This document shows, in pieces, positions 49,625 to 62,957 of a stretch of DNA of 64,000 bases (the first letter of the stretch is position 1; each line of letters starts with the position of its first letter). Origin of the DNA: Mobula hypostoma (Eukaryota); the NCBI RefSeq assembly GCF_963921235.1, contig NC_086097.1:181724001-181788000 (forward strand), read 5' to 3'. Below the pieces are notes generated by a model. The model had not been told where the DNA came from. It searched no databases and was given only the letters and a program-made list of their open reading frames with translations. The position numbers and the translations under genes are program-made.

Positions 49625-52600
49625 TGTGTTGCCCTTAATTTGACTTTGTTGGATCTACGTTTTAAATGATTTGTTTGAAACTATTTTCTAGTTAAAGTTA
49701 AAGGTTGATAATTAAGTTACAGTATAACAAAGGTAAATTCATTGTCTATGGCATGTGATGATGTCACCTCCGATTTCGCCGCGTCTTATGTGTAACCTCC
49801 GGTTCGGGAAGGTGAGAAGGCGGGTGCCATGCATGCAGCATGACCGTGAAGAGCTCCGTGTCAACCCACAAAGAAACATTATAGAAGTAATGCCGTAAGT
49901 TCCTATGGAAGTATTTGAAGTAAAAATATTAACGCGGTTTCTGTTAAGGAAGCGACGGTTCAGGTGGCGCGCGAGTCGGCTTTTCAATTTCAAACGCGGG
50001 GTGGGCTCGGGCCCGGCGGCGGTTTGACGGGACCCCCCTCGCCCGCGACTCGGGGCGGCTGGAGACGCTCGCTAAAAGAAGAGAGCACACGTGGTCTCCA
50101 GAATGAAACAGACGCTGTATATGTTTGTATTTTTTAATCAACAGTTTTCACCATACGATGTTAATGTGGAAGAGTGAACAGTAAATGGTTAACCTTACTA
50201 TGACTCTGTCTTCATTGGCTCTGGTTTAACTTGGTGTTTAGTCAGAGTTTCAACACGCTGCACAAGAACACAACAGTGAAAAGGCGAAATCATTAGATGT
50301 TTCGACAAGTGGTACGATGGCTTCGTGATCAAGCATCAAGTCGCTTGCACTCAGCGCCAAGAGCAGTAGGACGTCGACAAGTGTGGCTGCCCTCGCAAGG
50401 GCTGAAGCAGAAGCCGCCAAGGTGCGAGCGTCATACGCTAACCAAGAAGCAAAACTGAAAATGGAAAAGGCTGCCAGAGATGCGGAAAACCAGAAGGAAA
50501 AGGCAAGGATAGATACAGAGTTAGAAGTGCTCACGCTACAACGAGAAGCTGATGTGGCCGCAGTGGAAACACAAGTGTTGGAAAACGCTGAAGAAATGCA
50601 CGTTCTAGACAAAACATGAAAATCTATGTCAGAGAGGGCCAAATTGGAATGCACCAGCGAATATGTCCAATCTCAAATTGACCTGCAGATTCATTCTCCC
50701 TCTCCATACTTGCCTGTTGGCATCCCATCTCATATGAAATCACGAGGAAGCTTCGTTGCATCGCGTCCACCTGGGGAAGACAACTCACAATTGCAACCTT
50801 GCCACAAACTCAAGTATGAAAGGGCTGACTACGAATACTTCCTGGCACCAAACTTACCAGATCTGGTGAGATCAGAGAGAAAGGCTGAAGTCAGAACATC
50901 AAATCCCATCATGAACGTACACGCTCAGTCATATGTTCCCCAACATATTCCCCCAGCTAGTACGCCACCTGCAGCAGAACCCTTGGCACAGTATTTAGCG
51001 CGACGAGACCTCGTCAATTCAGGACTGTACTAGTTTGACGATAAGCCTGAAAATTACCATGCGTGGCACTCCTCATTCAGCAGTGCCACCGGCGGAGTCC
51101 AGCTCACAGCAATCCAAGAGTTGGACCTTATGACTAAATGGCTGGGAAAGGAATCAAGTGAACAGGTGAAACGCATACGCTCAGTGTTCGTCAACAACCC
51201 CAAGCTAGCCTTACACAAAGCATGGGAGAGACTTCGGGACTGCTATGCGGCCCCTGAAATTATTGAGAGGGCGCTATTTCAATGGCTGGACAATTTTCCT
51301 CGGGTGTCAGCCAAAGACCACACTAAATTATGAGAACTCGGAGATTTACTCATGGAGATTCAAGGTGCTAAAGAAGACAGCTATCTAACTGGCCTGTCAT
51401 ATCTGGATACTTCACGTGGAGTTGGACCAATTGTGGACAAGCTTCCATTTGGGCTGCAGGAAAGATGGGTGTCTATTGGTTCAGGGTACAAGGAAGAGAA
51501 CGGTGATCGATTCCCTCCCTTTGAGTATTTTAGTAGGTTTGTGTGCAAGGAGGCGAAGAGGCGAAACGACCCTAGCTTCATGAATCAAGGTAGCACCGCA
51601 ACTCACACCAACCCAGTCAAACCCATTTCAAACAATTTTGTCATCAATAAACCCGTCTCAGTGCATAAAACCGAAGTCTCTGCAATCAACGATGACCCTA
51701 GCAAGAATTGTCCATTGCACAACAAACCCCACCCCCTCAAAAAATGCAGAATGTTTAGAAACAAACCCTTTGACGAAAGAAAGGCCCTTCTCAAGGAAAA
51801 AATAATATGTTTTAAGTGCTGTTCTCTACCTCCCACCTCACTGAAGAGTGTATGTTCCCCGAAAAGTGCTCAGAATGTAACAGCAGTAATCACGATGGAG
51901 CCATACATCCCGGCCCGTCACCGCAAACTGCCGAGACTCCTCCACTCCCTCAAGAGGATGGCGGGGAGGGAGAGCATCACCCTGACATAATTATTGTCAG
52001 CTTGAGCTGCACAGAAGTTTGCAGTCCAGGTCAGTCGAGCTGTTCCTGCTCAAAGATCTGCCTCACTAAGGTATATCCTAAGGGAGCTAAAGACAAGGCC
52101 ATTCAAGGCTTATGTAATTCTGGACGACCAGAGCAACCGCTCAGTAGTGAGACCAGAGTTCTTTGAGTTGTTCAGCGTAAAGGGTAATCCATTCCCATAC
52201 TACCTCAGAACTTGCTCTGGCATTGCAGAAACAAATGGCAGGAAGGCAGAAGGCTTCCAGCTCGAGTCGCTGGATGGCAAAGTCGTCATCAGTCTCCCTC
52301 CACTCTTAGAGTGCAATGAAATCTTAAAAAACCGATCCGAGATTCCGACACCAAGCGCAGTGCTACACCAGCTCCATCTCCACCACATTGCCAAGCACAA
52401 CCCAGAACTGGATCCGGAAGCAGAAGTACTCCTGCTACTCGGAAGAGATGTTCTTAGGGTGCACAAAGTCAGGCAGCAGGTCAATGGACCACACAACGCC
52501 CCCTTTGCCCAACGTCTGGATCTGGGTGGAGTGGTGATCGGGGAGGTGTGCCCTGGCAACGTACACAAACTGACAGTTAACACGCTCAAGACTAATGTGC

Positions 52601-53827
52601 TAGACAGTGGCTGCCATTCAATTCCTCAGCCTTCCACAAGTGTTATGTGTATCAAGGAAGCACAAGAAAGGCACAAGCATAGTAAAGTAACTGAGAAGAC
52701 ACTGGAACAGTCAGCCTTCGCTCAAACTAAGCATGATAATAAACTTGCTCCATCGGTGGAAGATGCCATCTTCTTAAAAATAATGGACACAAAGGTCTTT
52801 AGAGATGAGGCGAACAATTGGGTCACCCCACTACCATTCAGAGTACCATGCCAGCGCTTGCCAAACAACAAAGATCAGGCAGTCAACCGGTTCACATCTT
52901 TACAACGAACCCTGAAACCAGTTACAGAGGTTGTTCTACTTCTACCTAAAGACTGATCGAGAGACTGAAGTTCTATACCATGTTTATAGTGACCTTACAA
53001 AGGTCAGGCAGGGAGTGTGTTGCCCTTAAGGCATTTATTTGACTTTGTTGGGTCTATGTTTTAAATGATTTGTTTGTAACTATTTTCTAGTTAAAGTTAA
53101 AGGTTGATAATTAAGTTACAGTATAACAAAGGTAAATTCATTGTCTATGGTATATTGCGGCATGTGATGACGTCACCTCCGGTTTCGCTGCGTCTTATGT
53201 GTAACCTCCGGTTCGGGAAGGTGAGAAGGCGGGTGCCATGCGTGCAGCATGATCGTGAAGAGCTCCGTGTCTACCCACAAAGAAACATTATAGAAGCAAC
53301 GCTGTAAGTTCCTATGGAAGTATTTGAAGTAAAAATATTAACACGGTTTCTGTTAAGGAAGCGGCGGTTCAGGTGGCGCGCGTGTCGGCTTTTCAATTTC
53401 AAATGGGTGGGCTCGGGCCCGGCGGCAGTTTGATGGGACCCCCTCGCCCGCTACTTGGGATGGCTGGAGGCACTCGCTAAATGAAGAGAGCACACGTGGT
53501 CTCCAGAATGAAACAGACGCTGTATATACGAGGAATTCTGTAGATGCTGGAAATTCAAGCAACACACATCAAAGTTGCTGGTGAACGCAGCAGGCCAGGC
53601 AGCATCTCTAGGAAGAGGTACAGTCGATGTTTCGGGCCGAGACCCTTCGTCAGAACTAACTGGACGCTGTATATGTTTGTACTTTTTTATCAACAGTTTT
53701 CACCATACGATGTTAATGTGGAAGAGTGCACAGTAAATGGTTAACCTTACTACGACCCTGTCTTCATTGGCTCCGGTTTAACTTGGTGTTTAGTCAGAGT
53801 TTTAACACACTGCATGAGAACACTACA
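49625..53827 (+). mobile_element. BEL/Pao LTR retrotransposon, internally deleted; LTRs 49625-50275 and 53016-53827
   Basis: Direct TG...CA LTRs; TSD ACACG/ACACA; polypurine tract aggcagggag before the 3' LTR. Gag zinc knuckle CPLHNKPHPLKKC...CFKC; protease-like YVILDDQSNRS; the ORF ends PVTEVVLLLPKD. Confidence 0.92.
53528..53662 (-). mobile_element. 135-bp hammerhead-containing Penelope terminal module inserted in the 3' LTR
   Basis: Absent from the 5' LTR; 12-bp TSD GACGCTGTATAT at 53516-53527 and 53663-53674. Confidence 0.92.
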
Positions 53828-53859
53828 ACACATGTGCATACATGTAGAACATAGAAGAA

Positions 53860-55076
53860 GAATTTAAGCTTTGTAGTTAAATTTATCGAAACTACTTTTT
53901 TAAGCCTTCATTGAGTGATCTAATTTTTTTACTTTGGAAAGATAAAGGTATTAATTCTTTTTTGGATTCATTTAAAGAAGGTAGACTGATGTCCTTTGAA
54001 CAATTAGTTCATAAATATTCTCTTTCATACTCACACTTTTTACGATATCTCCAACTTAGACATATCTTAGAAAAATACTTAAGTAATTTTCCTTACATAT
54101 TGGATGCTGACCTGTTAGATACTATTATGAGTATGAACCCTTCGATGAAGGGTTCCATTGGAAAAAGTTATAATTTATTATTACAATGGAAAAAGTGACC
54201 TTTATTTAAGATTGAACAAAATTGGGAAAAGGAACTCAATTTGACTTTTATGACTGAAGATTGGATGCGAATTCTGAAGCTGGTTAACTCTTCTTCGATC
54301 TGTGCTAGTCATTCAATGATTCAATTTAAAATTGTACATCGTTACCATTTGATGAAGGACAGTTTGTCTAAAATATTTCCTAATGTTGATGGTTATTGTG
54401 ATAGATGTAAAACTGAGACAGCTACATTGACACATATGTTTTGGTCTTGCTCTATACTGGAACCGTTCTGGAAGTCAGTTTTTTCGACAATTTCTAAAGC
54501 GCTTAAAGTTAATTTACAACCTAACAAATTAACTGTGCTTTTCGGAATATTTCCCCAAAATATCCATGGTATCTCTGTGTCTGACCAACATGTTATTGCA
54601 TTTGTTACATTGATAGCTAGGAGGGCCATTTTGTTGAAGTGGAAGGATACAATGGCTCCCACTTTGTCACAGTGGTTCTCTCAAGTGATGCTATGTCTTA
54701 GTTTGGAGAAAATTAGAAGTTAAACCTTTGAACCTATTTTTTATTTTGAGAAAAGATGGGGCTCATTTGCTCGTTATTATCATTTGTGTTAATTGATGGA
54801 TTCTCCACAATCTAATTGTAAATTTTTTTTGGTACTTTTTTTTGCTGGCGGTTCGATGTTTATCTTTAGAAGCTTTATGTATGACGCATGGCTCCAGGGT
54901 TGAACACCTAATGGGATTTTTCATTTTTCACACTTTTCTTGCTTAGTAGGGTTTTTTTTAATCACAAAATTTTTTCAATCTTTATATAATTTTTTTTTCT
55001 TGAGACATTGTAAGTATTGTTTACTTCGATGTACTCGTGGTTATTTTGGAAAAAAATAATAAAAAGATTTGAAAAG
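53860..55076 (+). mobile_element. L1-clade LINE 3' fragment
   Basis: FLRYLQLRH, IQFKIVHR and CDRCK..ATLTHMFWSC motifs; AATAAA with A-rich tail. Confidence 0.85.
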
Positions 55077-55209
55077 CAAAGAACATTGAAGAGTACAGCA
55101 CTGTATGGGCCTTTGGCCCACGATGTTGTGCCGGCCAGTATCAATCCAATCCTTACCTGTTCACAACCCTCCATTTTTTTACATCCATGTGCCAAAGTAA
55201 GAGTCTTTT

Positions 55210-57025
55210 AAAAGTTCAAAGTAAATTTTATTATCAAAGTACATAGATGTCACCAGACAACCCTTAGGTTCATTTCCTTGTGGGCATACTCAACAAATCT
55301 ATGGAATTGTAACTATAACAAGATCAATGAAAGATCAACCAGAGTGCAGAAGACAAGAAAACTGTGTAAATGCCAATATAAATAGCAATAAATAACAAGA
55401 ACATGAGATAAAGACTCATTGAAAGAGAATTCATTGGTTGTGGGTATATTTCAATGATGGAGCAAGTGAAGTTGAGTGTTATTATCCCCTTTTGTTCAAG
55501 AGCCTGATGGTTGCGGACTAGTAACTGTTCTTAAACCTAGTGGTGCGAGTTCTGAGGCTCTTGTACCTTCGACCCAATGGAAGCAGAGTGAAGAGAGCAT
55601 GACCTGGGTGGTGGGGAACCTGATGATGGTTGCTGCATTCCAATGATTGTGTTTCATGTAGATGTGCTCAATGGTTGGAAGGGCTTTACCTGTGAGGTAC
55701 TTGGTCGAATCCATTACCTTCTATGAGATTTTCCATTCAAAGGTATTGGTGTTTCCATACCAGGCTGTGATGCAGCCAATCAATATACTGTCCACAGTAC
55801 CTCTATAGAAGTTTGTCAAAAGTTTAGATGTCATGCCAAAATTCTTAAGGAAATAGAGACGCTGCTGTGCTTTCTCCACAATTGTAGTTACGTGCTGGGC
55901 CCAGGGCAGGTCCTCTGAAATAATAACACCAAAGGAATTAAAGTTGCTAACCCTCTCCAGCTATGATCCTCTGTTGAGGACTGGCTCATGGACCCTTGGT
56001 TTCCCTCTCCTGATGTTTATAATCAGTTCCTTGGTCTTGCTGACATTGAGTGAAAGGTTGTTATTATTGCACCATTCAGCCAGATTTTCAATCTCCCTCC
56101 TTAATGCTGATTCATCACCACCTTTGATTTGGCCCACAACCGTGGTGGCATCAGGAAACTTGGAGCTGTGTTTAGCCACGCAGTCATAAGTGTAAAGTCA
56201 GTAGAGCAAGAGGCTGAGCTCACAGCATTGTGATGCACCTCTGCTGATGGAGATGGTGGAGAAGATGTTGTTGCCAATTTGAACTGACTGGGTTCTACAT
56301 GTAAGGAAATCCAGGATCCAATTGCACAAGGACATATTGAGGCCAAGGTCTAGGAGTTTATTAATTAGCTTTGAGGGAATGATGGTATCGAATGCTGAGC
56401 TGTAGTCAATAAAGATCATACTGATGTATGCATCTTTTCTGTCTAGATGTTCTAGGATTGAGTGAAGAGCCAATGAGATGCCATCTGCTGTGGACCTGTT
56501 GCTCCAATAGGCAAATTGGAGTGGATCCAAGTCACCTCTCAGGCAGGAGCCTGTATGTTTCATCACCAACCTCTCAAAACACTTCATCACTGTGGATGTA
56601 AGTGCAACTGGGCGGTAGTCATTGAGGCAGATCACTATGCTCTTCTTGGGCATCGGTACAATTGAAGTCTACTTGAAGCAATGGGTACCGCACACTGCTG
56701 AAGCAAGAGGTTAAAGATCTCAGTGAAAGCACAAGCCAGTTGATCAGCACATATCTTTAGTACGTGGCCAGGTATCCCGCCTGGTCTGAATGCCTTCAGC
56801 GGATTCACCCTCCTGAAGGCAGCTCACATGTCAGCTTCAGAGACGGAAATCATCGGATCATTGGAAGTTGTCGCAATGGTTCCTGCACGTTCTGACAGCC
56901 AAAGAAAGCATAGAAGGCATGGAGCTCATCTGGGATAAAAGCCCATGTAGCTTGATTTAACTTTATAAGAGGTGACAGCATTCAAGCCCTGCCAGAGCTG
57001 TTGAGAATCACTCACTGATTCAAGT
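55210..57025 (-). mobile_element. Rex1/Babar-type LINE 3' half
   Basis: [29 protein letters not shown] and EWCNNNNLSLNVSKTKE motifs. Confidence 0.88.
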
Positions 57026-57916
57026 TTGTGTCCCTATCGTATCATTTTCTACCACCACCCATGGCAATTTGTTCCAGGCGCCCACCACTGCTTGTGTAAA
57101 TAAAAACTACCTCTGACATCTCCCCTAAATATTCATCTATTCACCTGAATGGAAGTCCTCTGGTATTGGCCATTGCTGCCCTAGGAAAAAGGAGCTGGCT
57201 TTTCTCTCTATTTATGCCTCCCGTAATCCTCGTCATCCTTCCTAAAATCCATATACACCACATCCACTACTCTACCTTCATCAATTTGTGTTGTAACTTC
57301 CTCAAAAAAAACTCACTTGAGCTGCTGTTCACAAAACCTCGCCAATATCCCAAGTAAGACTGCACTTCTCCAAATGCTTGTTAATCCTGTTACTAAGAAT
57401 CCTCCACAATAGTTTGCCCACCACTAACATAAGAATCAGTGGTCTGTAATTCCTAGGATTGTCCCTGCAACCTTTCTTGAACAATGGAACATTCTTCATT
57501 ACTCTGGTTCTATCCTGTGGTCATGGAAGACATAAAGATCATTGCTAATACCCCAGCAATCTTTTCCCTCACATCCTGTAGAAATAAGGGATATTTCTTG
57601 TCCAGTCCTGGAGACTTAACTATTCTAATGTCTTTCAGAAGCTCTAATGCTACCTCAACATACTCCAGCACATGTAGCCTGTTCTAGGTTGACTTCAGAT
57701 TCATCACAGTTCTTCTCCTTTGAAGTATTCATTAAAGACCTCCAAAACCTCCTCTGTCACAGGTTTCCCCTTTTATCCCTAAGCTCTAGACATCCTCCAG
57801 TTCTTCATGTACGTGTAGACGGCCTTAGAATTTTCCTTAATCCCATTCACTAAGGCCTTCTCACAGACCTTTACAGCTATCCTATGTCCCTTTTTAAGCT
57901 CCTTTCTGGCTTCATT

Positions 57917-58600
57917 AGATAGATAGATAGATAGATATACTTTATTGATCCTGAGGGAAATTGGGTTTTGTTACAGCCGCACCAACCAAGAATAGAGCAT
58001 ACAAAAATCACAAACAATCAAACAACAAAATGCAAATTATGCCAGATGGAAAATAAGTCCAGGACCAGACTATTGGCTCGGTGTCTGACCCTCCATGGGA
58101 GGAGCTGCAAGTTCGACGGCCACAGGCAGCAACGACCTCCCGTGCCGCCCAGTGTTGTATCTCGGTGGAACATCGCCGAAGTCCAACAGTAAAAAGTTCA
58201 AAATCCGGTCTACAAACATGTTCCTCGATCGTAATATGACCTAGATTGCACCGTCTGTTGTTAACCAGAACAGTAAGCACCCAACTCCTTTACGCTTACC
58301 ACTCTCAGTGCACTTCTGGTCAGCTGGAATGGTCTGGAAGCCGTCCATGGAGAAGTTTTGATCGGGTATGTCCTCATGCAGCCCCGTTCCAGTGAAACAC
58401 ATAACACTGCACTCCCGAAATGTTCTCTGACGCCTGGCTAGCGCCATGAACTCGTCCATTTTATTACCCACCGAACTCTTCTCCATAAGTCTCCGTTGTC
58501 TTGACCCGGTCCTCTTTCCTTGACTTTGTGATCCCCCTCTGCATCCTCTGTGTGTTTTCCTACAGATTTCAGCAGGGGATTATACGACCAAAAATCCACC
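57917..58600 (-). mobile_element. Internally deleted Rex-type LINE (EN start fused to 3' end) with a (TATC)n tail
   Basis: NKMDEF...CSVMCFT, then C.PDFELFTVGLR joined at about 58170 to a C-terminal-like segment; (AGAT)n at 57917-57935. Confidence 0.65.
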
Positions 58601-61600
58601 TGCAGTGCAGGCAGGATGTTTAAGGTGGTGGGATACTCCTCCTGTGAGATGTGGGACTTCAAGGTACTTAACAGTCTCCAGGAAATGCACCCAACTTCAT
58701 CTCCTGCCTGACAAGGTTAAGGAACTGGAGCTAAGTTGAATGTACTCAGGTTCATCTGGGAGGCTGAAAACCTCATAGATGAAATTTTTACTGAGGTGGT
58801 CACACCCAGAGATTAGGCTTCAGAGAGTAGATGGGTGACCACCAGAAGAAGTAAGGGGATTAAGCAGTTAATTCAGGGTTCACCGTGGCCATTTCCTTCA
58901 GCAACAAGTATACCCCTTTGGATACTGCTGTGGTTGGCAGAGGGGACCTATCAGGACTCAGCAGTAGCAGCAGCCAGGCCAGTGGCACTGTTGGCTCCGA
59001 GCAGGGAAGGGTGAGGTCTGGTCGAGTGATAGTGATAGGAGACTTGACAGTTAGGGGGATGGACAGGAGATTCTGTGACCACAAAAGAGACACCAGGTTG
59101 GTGAGTTTCCTCCCAAGTGCTCGGTCACAGATGTCTCGGAGCAGCTGCAGAATATTCTCAAGAGGGAGGGTAATCAGCCGGAGGTTGTGGTGCACATTGG
59201 CACCGATGACATAAGTAGAAGAGGTCTTCCATAGTGAGTATAGGGAGTTAGTGAAGAGGCTAAAGAGCAAGACCTCCAAGATAGTAATCTCTGGATCACT
59301 TCCAGTGCCACCTGCTTGTCAGGGTAGGAATAGGATGATAGTACAGATAAAATGGCTGAGGAACTGGTGCAGGGGGCAGGATTTCAGGTTCTTGAATAAT
59401 TGGAACATTTTCTGGGATGGGGGTGACCTGTACTAGAGGGATGGGTTGCACCTAAAGTGGAGGAGAACCAATATCCTGGCCAGGAGGTTTGCTCGTGCAA
59501 CTCGAGAGGGTTTAAACCAGCTTGGCAGGGGGACGGAAACCAGAGCACCAGGTCAGAAAGTGGAGGGATTGAAAGGAAGGTAGATATCAGGGCCAGTAAA
59601 TGCAGGCAGGAGCAAAGTAATAGGTGCAATGGGATGGACATTTTGAAGTGTGTATATTTTAATGCGTGGAGTATTATGGGCAAAGGTGGTGAACTCAGAT
59701 CATGGTGCAGTACCTGGAACAATGCTGTTGTGGTTATTATAGAGATTTGGTTGAGAGCAACAGGAACGTGTGCTTAATGTTCCTGGCTTTCGATGTTTTT
59801 GAAAATAAAAGAGAGGGATGTAAAAGCAGTGTGGGAGTTGCACTTCTAATCGGGAACAATATCACAGCTCCACTCAGTGGACATAATGGAAGGCCCTTCC
59901 ACTGAGTCTACATGGGTAAAACTAAAAAATATGAAGGGTGCAGTCATTCTGATGGGATTATATTACAAGCCCCCAATAGCTATCAGGATGTTGAGGAACA
60001 GATATGCAGGCAGGTTAGAAAAGGCGTAAAAACAATAAAGTTGTTGGCATGGAGGACTTCAACTTCCCGAACATTATCTGTGACCTTCTTAGTGCAATTG
60101 GTTTAGATGGGGCAGAATGTGTTAAGTGCATCCAGAAGGATTTCTTAAATCAATATATAGATAGTCTAACAAGAGGAGGGGTTGGACTAGACCTGGTGTT
60201 GAGTAGTGAGCCTGGCCAGGTGACTGACCTGGGTAAGCAATCAGGGAACAGTGACCATAACTCCTTTAAGGTTTTAAGATAGCTATGGATAAAGGTAAGT
60301 ATGGACCTTCCAGGAAAGTAATAAACTGGAGTAAGGCAAATTACAAGAGCATTAGGCAGGAACTAGGAAGAGTTAATTTGGAACAGCTGCTTTTGGCAAA
60401 TCCACATCCAACATATGAGGGGAGTTTGAAGACCAATTGCACAGAGTATAGGACAGGTACGTTTCAGTCAGAAGGAAGGACAAGGATGGCAAAGTCAGAG
60501 AACCTTAGATGTCAAGAAAGGTGATGAATTTAGTCAAGAAGTAAAATGATGTGTATGAAATGCTTAGGAAGCTAAAATCAAACAGAGTTCTTGAGGATTA
60601 TAAAGAAGTTAGAAAACAACTCAAGAAGGGAATTAAGAAAGCAAGGAGGGAACATGAAAAGTTCTTGGCAAGAAGGATTAAAGAGAATCCCAAGACATTC
60701 TGTACATATGCCAGGAGTAAGAGGATAATTAGGAAGAAGGTGGGGCCACTCAAGAATAAAGGGGGGATATTTGCTTGGATGCAAAGACTGCAGGTGACGT
60801 CCTTAATGAGTACTTTACATGAGTATTGACCCAAGGAGAAGAATGTGGAGGACAGGAAGATCAGTGTTGATACATTAGTGCATTTCGAAGTAGAGGAAGA
60901 GGTAGCGTTGGGTCTTTTAAAAAGCATTAAGGTGGATAGGTCTCTGGGGCCTGATGGGATATACCCCAGGTTATTGAGAGATGCGAATGCAGAAACTGCT
61001 GCGGCCTTGACCAATATCTTTGTGTCCTCTCAAGCCACAGCTGAGGTCCCAGAGAACTGGCAATTAGCTAATGTTGTTCATTTTTTAAGAAAGGAACCAG
61101 GGATGATCCTGGAAACTATAGACCGGTGAGTCTCACATCAGTGGTAGGAAAGTTACTGGAAAGAATTCTAAGAGATAGGATTTATGAGTGCTGGGAAAGC
61201 CATGGCCTAATTAGGTAGAGCCAGCATAGCTTTGGGCAAGACAAATCTTGTCTTACTAACTTGATTGAGTTTTATGTTGAGGGGATGACAGTTGTTGATG
61301 AAGGTAGAGCTGTGGATGTTGACTACTTAGATTTTAATAGGGTGTTTGACTAGGTCCCACATGGGATGCTCATCCAGAAGATTAAGATGCATGGGATCAA
61401 TATTAAATTGGCCATTTGAATTCAGAACCGGTTTGCCCATAGAACTCGGGTTGACGTTCGCAGGGACTTATTCTAGTTAGAGGTCTGTGGTTAGTGGTCT
61501 TCCACAGGGATCTGTTCTGGGACCTCTGTTGTTTGTGATTGATAGAAATGACTAGGATGAAAATAAAGATGGGTGGGTTAGTAAGTTTGCAGATGATATG

Positions 61601-62440
61601 AAGATTGGTGGTGTTGTGGATATTGTAAACGACTGGTAAAGAATACAACGGGATATAGATCAGTTGCAGATATGGGTGCATGGCAGATGGAGACCAGGTG
61701 TGAAGTGTTGCACCTTGGTAGGTCAAATGTAAAGAGACAGAGGGATGAGCAGAGCGATCTTGGGATCTAAGTTCATAGCTCCCTGGAAGTAGCTACATAG
61801 ACCCACAAGATGGTGAAGAAGGCATGTGGCATGCTTGCCTTTATTAGTCGAGGCATTGAGTTCAAAAGTCAGGAAGGTATTTTGCAGCTTTATAAAACTC
61901 TAGTTCGGCCGCATCTGAAGTATTGCATACATTTATGGTCATCCAATTATAGGATTGATGTCGAGGCTATGGAGAGGGTATAGAAAAGGTTACCAGAATG
62001 CTGCTTGGACAAGAGGTCATGTGCTATCACGCAAGGCTGGAGAAACTTGAGTTGTTTTCTCTGGAGCAGTGGAGGCTGATGGTTTATAGAGGTTTATAAG
62101 ATTATGAGAGGCATAGATAAAGTAGGCAGACAATATCTTTTGTCCAGGGGTGAAATGTCTAATACTTGAGGGCATGCAATTAAGTTGAGAAGGGGTAATT
62201 TCAAAGGGATATAAGGGACAAGTTTTTTACACAAACTTGTGGAATCCTGGAATGCAGATAGAGGTAAATACAGATGTTTAGGTAGGTACATGAATGTGAA
62301 CAAAATGGAAGGATATGGACATTATGTTGGCAGAAGAGATGAGCTTAGTGAGCCACTTGATTACTAATTTATTTGGTCTGGCATAACATTGTGGGCTGAA
62401 AGACCTGGTCTTGTGCTCTACAGTTCTATATTTTCTGTTC
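58601..62440 (+). mobile_element. Near full-length degenerate CR1 LINE (ORF1 zinc finger/SGNH, EN, RT, 3' tail)
   Basis: SSCEMW, VIVIGDLTVRGMDRRFC, LKCVYFNAWSI, DFNFPNI, SLGPDGIYPRLL and FADD motifs; many stops. Confidence 0.9.
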
Positions 62441-62957
62441 TCTGTTTATCCTGCCTGATATTTTGCTTCCTAAATCTTAAGCATGCTTCTTTCTTCCTCT
62501 TGACTAGATGTTCCACATCTCTTGAAACCAAGGTTCTTTGCTCTGCTATCCTTTCCATTCAGAAAGGATATAATGGCAGGCATGTCCACTGAGGCTATAT
62601 GGGTAGAACTCAAAAATAGGAAGGATGCAATCACCCTTATACAATTGTACTACAGACCCCCCAATAGCCACTGGAACATTGAGGAACAGATATACAGGCA
62701 GATTAAGGAAAGGTGTAAAAACAATAGGGTTGTTGTCAAGAGGTACTTCAACTTCCCTAATATAAACTGTGACCTTCTGAGTGTGGATTTTCAGGCTCCT
62801 GTACCTCCTCCCTGGTGGTAGTAATAAGAAGTGGGCATGTCCTAGAATTGAAGGTTGTTAATGATAGATGATGTCTTCTTGAAAGCTGTCCTTGAAGGTC
62901 TGGGGTTAGAGGGTTGCATGGGAATGTGTCAGTGCTTACTGTGAGAGTACCATCTGC

